DNA of 35,819 nucleotides, from NCBI GenBank assembly GCA_016214565.1, contig JACROE010000002.1, positions 1 through 35,819 of the forward strand, in the 5' to 3' direction. Of this stretch, positions 32,277-35,819 are shown piece by piece. The position numbers were made by a program, and so were the translations under genes. The notes below the pieces were generated by a model. That model was given only the letters and a program-made list of their open reading frames with translations. It was not told the DNA's origin and ran no database searches. Source of the stretch: Candidatus Kerfeldbacteria bacterium. GTDB taxonomy: Bacteria; Patescibacteriota; Patescibacteriia; UBA10025; JAHIVO01. The first letter of the stretch is position 1. Each line of letters starts with the position of its first letter.

Positions 32277-34013
32277 TTATTTCATGTCTTTCACTGATTG
32301 GACAATCTCATGCGGAAAAAACGGTCGCCCATCATACTTCAATATTTTATAATCAGACGCTAAGCCGGTCTGCTCGCGAATCCAACCGGCTAATTGGCCA
32401 GTTTTATTTCCTTCTACTATGGCTATCTTTTTTGCTTTGGTAAATACTTCGCGAATCTTTTTGACGGGTAACGGGCTAATATATAGAATCTGCAAAAAAT
32501 TAACTTTCATGCCTGCGGCGCGTAAATCCTCCATCGCTTCGAGAATGGCACCTCGGGTAGAGCCCCAGGACACGAATGTCAGGTCAGCATGTGCGTCGCC
32601 CTCCAGTTCAGGATCAGGCAACAACCGGGCGGCTGCATCAATTTTCTTATATCGCTTATCCATTTGGCGTACGCGCATCTCTGAACCCTCTTCACTAAAT
32701 CCTTCTTCCGTATGTTCATCGCTATTTTGAATATGTTCACCGCCTGGCGTACCCGGTAACGTGCGTGGGGAAATGCCATGCTCGACGTCTAAGGCGTATC
32801 GTTTGTAAGGTTTATGCTTTTCTACATCACCTGCATCATAGATCAACCCGCGATCCAACGTGCGTGGTTTGAGATCAAGTTTGTCCACCCAGATGTTACA
32901 TTCCGCCAACTGCTTATCAGTCAAAATGACGACCGGCGTCTGATATCGCTCCGCCAGATCAAACGCAGTCTGGGTCATTTCAAAACATTGCTCAATACTA
33001 CCAGGGGCTAATACAAATCGAGGAAATTCATCCTGGGACGAGTGCAACACAAATCGTAAATCTCCCTGGCCGGTCCAGGTGGGCATACCGGTCGAAGGAC
33101 CAGGGCGGATAGCGTTCACCATCACTACCGGGACCTCCATCATGCCAGCCATGCCATAGGTCTCTGACATCAGAGAAAATCCGCCACCTGACGTACCGGT
33201 CATTGCGCGCAGTCCCGCATAGCCGGCACCGACGGCGACATTCACCGCGGAGATTTCATCTTCACAGTGCTTGACCACCATTTGATAGTTTCGCGCTTGC
33301 AACGCTAAGTTATGCAAAATTGAAGTGGCCGGCGTCATGGGATATGCAGCGTACAACTTGCAACCAGCTTTTATCGCTCCCCAAGCAATCGCTTCATTGC
33401 CCGTCATAAAGAGTCGGTTGGGATTTTTCTGAGTCTTTACTAAAAATGGCGACGGTTGGGACATGTGCGATTTGATGTAATCATACCCAGCTTTAGCCAG
33501 GCGTACATTCAAATCAACTTCTTTGCCCTTATTTCCAAAATTAAATTCTATAATATCGTTGAGCGGCCCAAATTCTACCCCCAGCACGGCAATACTTGCA
33601 CCCAGCGCTACAACATTGCGCATGACTTTTTCGCCACCGTTTTCTTCCACTAGTTGATCCATCGGAATCACATGCACAGTTGCCTTACTGGGTAATTGCG
33701 CCACTGGAGCAGTGACTTGGCTGTCATTAATAATGACAATCGCATTCTCGGCTAATTCCTGGTGGTGCTCATCAAAAGTCATTTGATCCAAACACACCAA
33801 AATGCTCACTGGCCGTCGTGTGGTATAGATCGGCTGAGGCGATACGGTAATTTCGTAGGTATTGTGGCCGCCACGAATCAACGATGGATATTCATCATAT
33901 GCAAAAACATACTGCCCCAATCGAAGCATGGCTCGGGCAAACATAGCGCCGACTGACTTGATGCCAAAGCCGGCTGGGCCTCCAATTTTCCAATTAATCC
34001 AAGTACGTTCCAT
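32277..34013 (-). CDS. 2-oxoacid:ferredoxin oxidoreductase, alpha subunit with fused N-terminal gamma domain
   Basis: 578 aa. The N-terminus IGGPAGFGIKSVGAMFARA ... YPSLIRGGHNTYE is the gamma domain. FMTGNEAIAWGAIKAGCKLYAAYPMTPATSI follows as the alpha domain. Confidence 0.85.
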   Translation of the reverse strand: MERTWINWKIGGPAGFGIKSVGAMFARAMLRLGQYVFAYDEYPSLIRGGHNTYEITVSPQPIYTTRRPVSILVCLDQMTFDEHHQELAENAIVIINDSQVTAPVAQLPSKATVHVIPMDQLVEENGGEKVMRNVVALGASIAVLGVEFGPLNDIIEFNFGNKGKEVDLNVRLAKAGYDYIKSHMSQPSPFLVKTQKNPNRLFMTGNEAIAWGAIKAGCKLYAAYPMTPATSILHNLALQARNYQMVVKHCEDEISAVNVAVGAGYAGLRAMTGTSGGGFSLMSETYGMAGMMEVPVVMVNAIRPGPSTGMPTWTGQGDLRFVLHSSQDEFPRFVLAPGSIEQCFEMTQTAFDLAERYQTPVVILTDKQLAECNIWVDKLDLKPRTLDRGLIYDAGDVEKHKPYKRYALDVEHGISPRTLPGTPGGEHIQNSDEHTEEGFSEEGSEMRVRQMDKRYKKIDAAARLLPDPELEGDAHADLTFVSWGSTRGAILEAMEDLRAAGMKVNFLQILYISPLPVKKIREVFTKAKKIAIVEGNKTGQLAGWIREQTGLASDYKILKYDGRPFFPHEIVQSVKDMK

Positions 34014-34019
34014 TCATCT

Positions 34020-34047
34020 AGTATACACGAAATCAACCAAAATTCAA
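34020..34047 (-). promoter_or_regulatory. Candidate OFOR operon promoter; leaderless-type spacing
   Basis: Minus strand reads TTGAAT (34047-34042), a 16-nt spacer, then TATACT (34025-34020), then 6 nt (agatga) to the ATG at 34013. Confidence 0.5.
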
Positions 34048-34050
34048 AAA

Positions 34051-34353
34051 TTATTGCAGGCTTTTGAGGTATGTATCAATGCGTTCAGCCTCTGCCAGCA
34101 CCAGATCGCCATCGTACTGCCCCGAGTGGGCGTGCGACCCAGCGTATGACGGACGTTTCTCATCATAATGCAGCTTGAGACTGACCCCTGACCGAGTAGT
34201 ATGCGGGTAGATATGAAATCGCGGATACCCTAAACTGTGCAACCGCCTAATAAAGGACGTGTCGCCTTGGCGATTGCGGTTTTCATGATACCCAAGTCGA
34301 CCCATCAGGACTTTCAGATTTTCCGGCAATGTGCCTGTTAAGCGTATCTCCAT
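34051..34353 (-). CDS. 100-aa conserved-looking protein of unknown function
   Basis: I prefer the start MEIRLTGTLPENL at 34353, preceded by GGGGA. The track start at 34443 would overlap the ACD gene by 83 nt. His/Tyr-rich blocks are PRFHIYPH and SYAGSHAHSGQYDGDL. I do not recognise the family. Confidence 0.55.
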   Translation of the reverse strand: MEIRLTGTLPENLKVLMGRLGYHENRNRQGDTSFIRRLHSLGYPRFHIYPHTTRSGVSLKLHYDEKRPSYAGSHAHSGQYDGDLVLAEAERIDTYLKSLQ

Positions 34354-34360
34354 AGTTCCC

Positions 34361-35819
34361 CTAGCGACGCACGACAATGCGTAGATCAGCAATTTCAATC
34401 CTCCCCGCAGATAACAATACCGGATTGGCGTCAAATTCCTCAAGGCGCGGCGTGGCGAGCATCATCCGTGAAATACCGAGCGCGCACTGTATAATATCTT
34501 TTTTCGGAATCCGCGCGCCTCGTGCGGTACTGAGCAGACCCTGGAGCGATCGATCAAGCGCGCGTTCAATCTCTGCCCGCGACGCAGGGATCGGCACAAT
34601 CACTTGGCCGCCGATTGATTCCACAAAAATACCACCCAAGCCTATCACTAAATACGCGCCTAATTCCGGGTCACGCTTTGCACCAATAATCATTTCAATC
34701 ATACCCGGACGATACGGTTGCAAGAGAAACCCTTCATCCTTAGCAAATGCAAGCTTGAATTGGGTCTGCCAGGAGCGGAGCGTACGGCGCAGTTGTTCAG
34801 GTCCGGTAATATTTATCTGAACACCGCCGCGTTCAGTCTTATGGATGAACTCCTGGCTGATAATTTTTGCTACGACGGGATAGCGTAGGCGCGCCGCTTG
34901 TTTCAGGGCAGCCTCAATGCTCGAAGCCAGCCGTGACGGCATAACATACGGAACAAACCGTTTGACCATGCGCTCGGCCCGCGTGCCCAATACGATTTGG
35001 GTGGCTTGAGACGTTCGATACGTCATTTCTGGAAAACGACGCAATTCAGTGCGTGCCATCACATCATGTCTCAGCATGGCGATAGCTGCCACCGCGTGTT
35101 CAGGGTAGGCAAAGGTAATAATTCCGGCCTTGGTCAATATCTGTCGTGACGCACGCATCGCTGCACCACCAATAAATGAAACGGCAATCGGCTTACCTGG
35201 GTGCGCCCGCTGTTCTCGAATTATTATTTTTGCGATGGCATCGCTGTCAGTCACGTACTGATGGGTCAATAATGCCACCACCGCATCAACGCCCCGATCG
35301 CGCATCAAAGCGCGTAAAGCAATCTGATACCGCGCCGGGGTAGCATCACCAATCACATCCACGGGGTTACCAGTGGCTGCCGCTTCTGGTAATTTTTTCT
35401 TAAGTTCGGCGATCGTCTGTGGCGCGAGCGTCGCCATGCGTAAATTCGTCGCAGCCACAACAGCGTCAGTCGCGATGATGCCTGGACCACCCGCATTCGT
35501 CACAATCGCTACCCGATTACCGGACAACTTATGACGATTTTCAAATAGCTGGGTAAAAAGGAATAATTCCTGAAGCGTATCCACTACTACGGCACCCGCT
35601 GATTGCAGCATGGCCTGCTGAACCGCATGAGCCCCGGCAATCGCTCCGGTGTGCGAAGCCACCGCGCGCTGAGCCTCCAAACTCTTGCCTGGCTTGAGAA
35701 TAATAATCGGCGTTTTTTTGGAAACACGCTGGATAGTGCGAAGCAGCGCGCGACCCGTCTTCAGGCTTTCGAGATACATAACGATTACGTGCGTTCGTTT
35801 GTCCGCTCCAAAATATTTA
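34361..35819 (-). CDS. Acetate--CoA ligase (ADP-forming) / acyl-CoA synthetase, NDP-forming; N-terminus beyond the right edge (partial)
   Basis: The track ORF starts at 35779, but the frame stays open to the window edge (KYFGADKRTHVIVMYLESLKTGR...). It has the succinyl-CoA-synthetase-like flavodoxin region PIIILKPGKSLEAQRAVASHTGAIAG and a C-terminal ATP-grasp region YPVVAKIISQEFIHKTERGGVQ. Confidence 0.8.
   Translation of the reverse strand, partial: KYFGADKRTHVIVMYLESLKTGRALLRTIQRVSKKTPIIILKPGKSLEAQRAVASHTGAIAGAHAVQQAMLQSAGAVVVDTLQELFLFTQLFENRHKLSGNRVAIVTNAGGPGIIATDAVVAATNLRMATLAPQTIAELKKKLPEAAATGNPVDVIGDATPARYQIALRALMRDRGVDAVVALLTHQYVTDSDAIAKIIIREQRAHPGKPIAVSFIGGAAMRASRQILTKAGIITFAYPEHAVAAIAMLRHDVMARTELRRFPEMTYRTSQATQIVLGTRAERMVKRFVPYVMPSRLASSIEAALKQAARLRYPVVAKIISQEFIHKTERGGVQINITGPEQLRRTLRSWQTQFKLAFAKDEGFLLQPYRPGMIEMIIGAKRDPELGAYLVIGLGGIFVESIGGQVIVPIPASRAEIERALDRSLQGLLSTARGARIPKKDIIQCALGISRMMLATPRLEEFDANPVLLSAGRIEIADLRIVVRR

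Noticed and set aside
12535-34443. Longer N-terminal extensions given by the track for several genes: starts at 13707, 14825, 15588, 31442, 34443 and 8637.
   Set aside because: Each extension overlaps the preceding gene by 35-170 nt (or, for 8637, starts at a GTG without an SD). In each case an internal ATG lies 1-7 nt after, or in ATGA overlap with, the upstream stop and opens with a typical N-terminus such as MKIGIDARF, MRIGVDIRS or MRVIVSGS.
10060-35000. Antisense track ORFs inside large genes, for example 10060..10356(+), 15263..15736(+), 21608..22021(+), 25364..25771(+), 28990..29343(-), 30353..30604(-) and 34377..34820(+).
   Set aside because: All lie within, or largely overlap, genes with strong family motifs, either on the opposite strand or in another frame. 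Their translations are low-complexity or Arg/Ser/Pro-rich, as expected for shadow frames, and none has an SD or promoter.
1-35819. Alternative genetic code (UGA recoding, as in some CPR lineages).
   Set aside because: Long uninterrupted ORFs with standard-code translation carry intact conserved motifs. TGA serves as a genuine stop at gene ends with coupled restarts, for example the ATGA overlaps at 13650-13653 and 23564-23567.

Overview
This is a bacterial chromosomal window. It is densely coded, mostly on the minus strand, and has many 4-nt start/stop overlaps. Standard genetic code; TGA is used as a stop.

Recognisable genes, left to right:
- A surface-protease operon: bPH membrane protein, polytopic membrane protein, HtrA-like PDZ protein, and an S8 peptidase with FG-GAP repeats that is cut by the left edge.
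- lepA and murJ.
- A polysaccharide locus: WbaP-like priming transferase, three GT4 glycosyltransferases, a Wzz-like protein and a DUF4012 protein.
- RNase P RNA, the only classical RNA gene I can support.
- A GDPD phosphodiesterase.
- An operon of alpha/beta hydrolase, RNase HI and RecJ.
- A translationally coupled cassette of RimK-like ATP-grasp, GNAT and cyanophycin-synthetase-like ATP-grasp.
- FTR1 iron permease, Dus and Nudix.
- An MBOAT plus AlgJ-like O-acyltransferase pair.
- PfkB kinase, a two-subunit 2-oxoacid:ferredoxin oxidoreductase and an ADP-forming acetyl-CoA synthetase that is cut by the right edge.

This gene content suggests a small-genome fermentative bacterium of the CPR/Patescibacteria kind; that is inference only. 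I saw no rRNA, tRNA, CRISPR array, transposase, integrase or reverse transcriptase.

The stand-out is an ORF-poor, hairpin-dense island of about 2.4 kb (about 7783-10185) in an otherwise compact window. It contains:
- Three copies of an 83-86 nt two-hairpin module (variable hairpin plus conserved hairpin) with compensatory base-pair changes. Two copies sit about 40 nt upstream of a small ORF. The third is separated from the next ORF by a U-tract and a 137-nt three-way-junction-like leader.
- A 155-nt element closed by a helix of about 23 bp.
- Several terminators.

I could not assign any of these to an RNA family I know.

Secondary observations:
- Consensus promoters whose -10 boxes lie 6-13 nt from start codons, which suggests leaderless mRNAs.
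- Back-to-back rnpB and GDPD promoters sharing one -35 region.
- An HtrA homologue that seems to have lost its catalytic triad.
- A stand-alone 52-codon gene with a near-consensus promoter and a strong terminator.

All coordinates were hand-counted and may be off by 1-2 nt.
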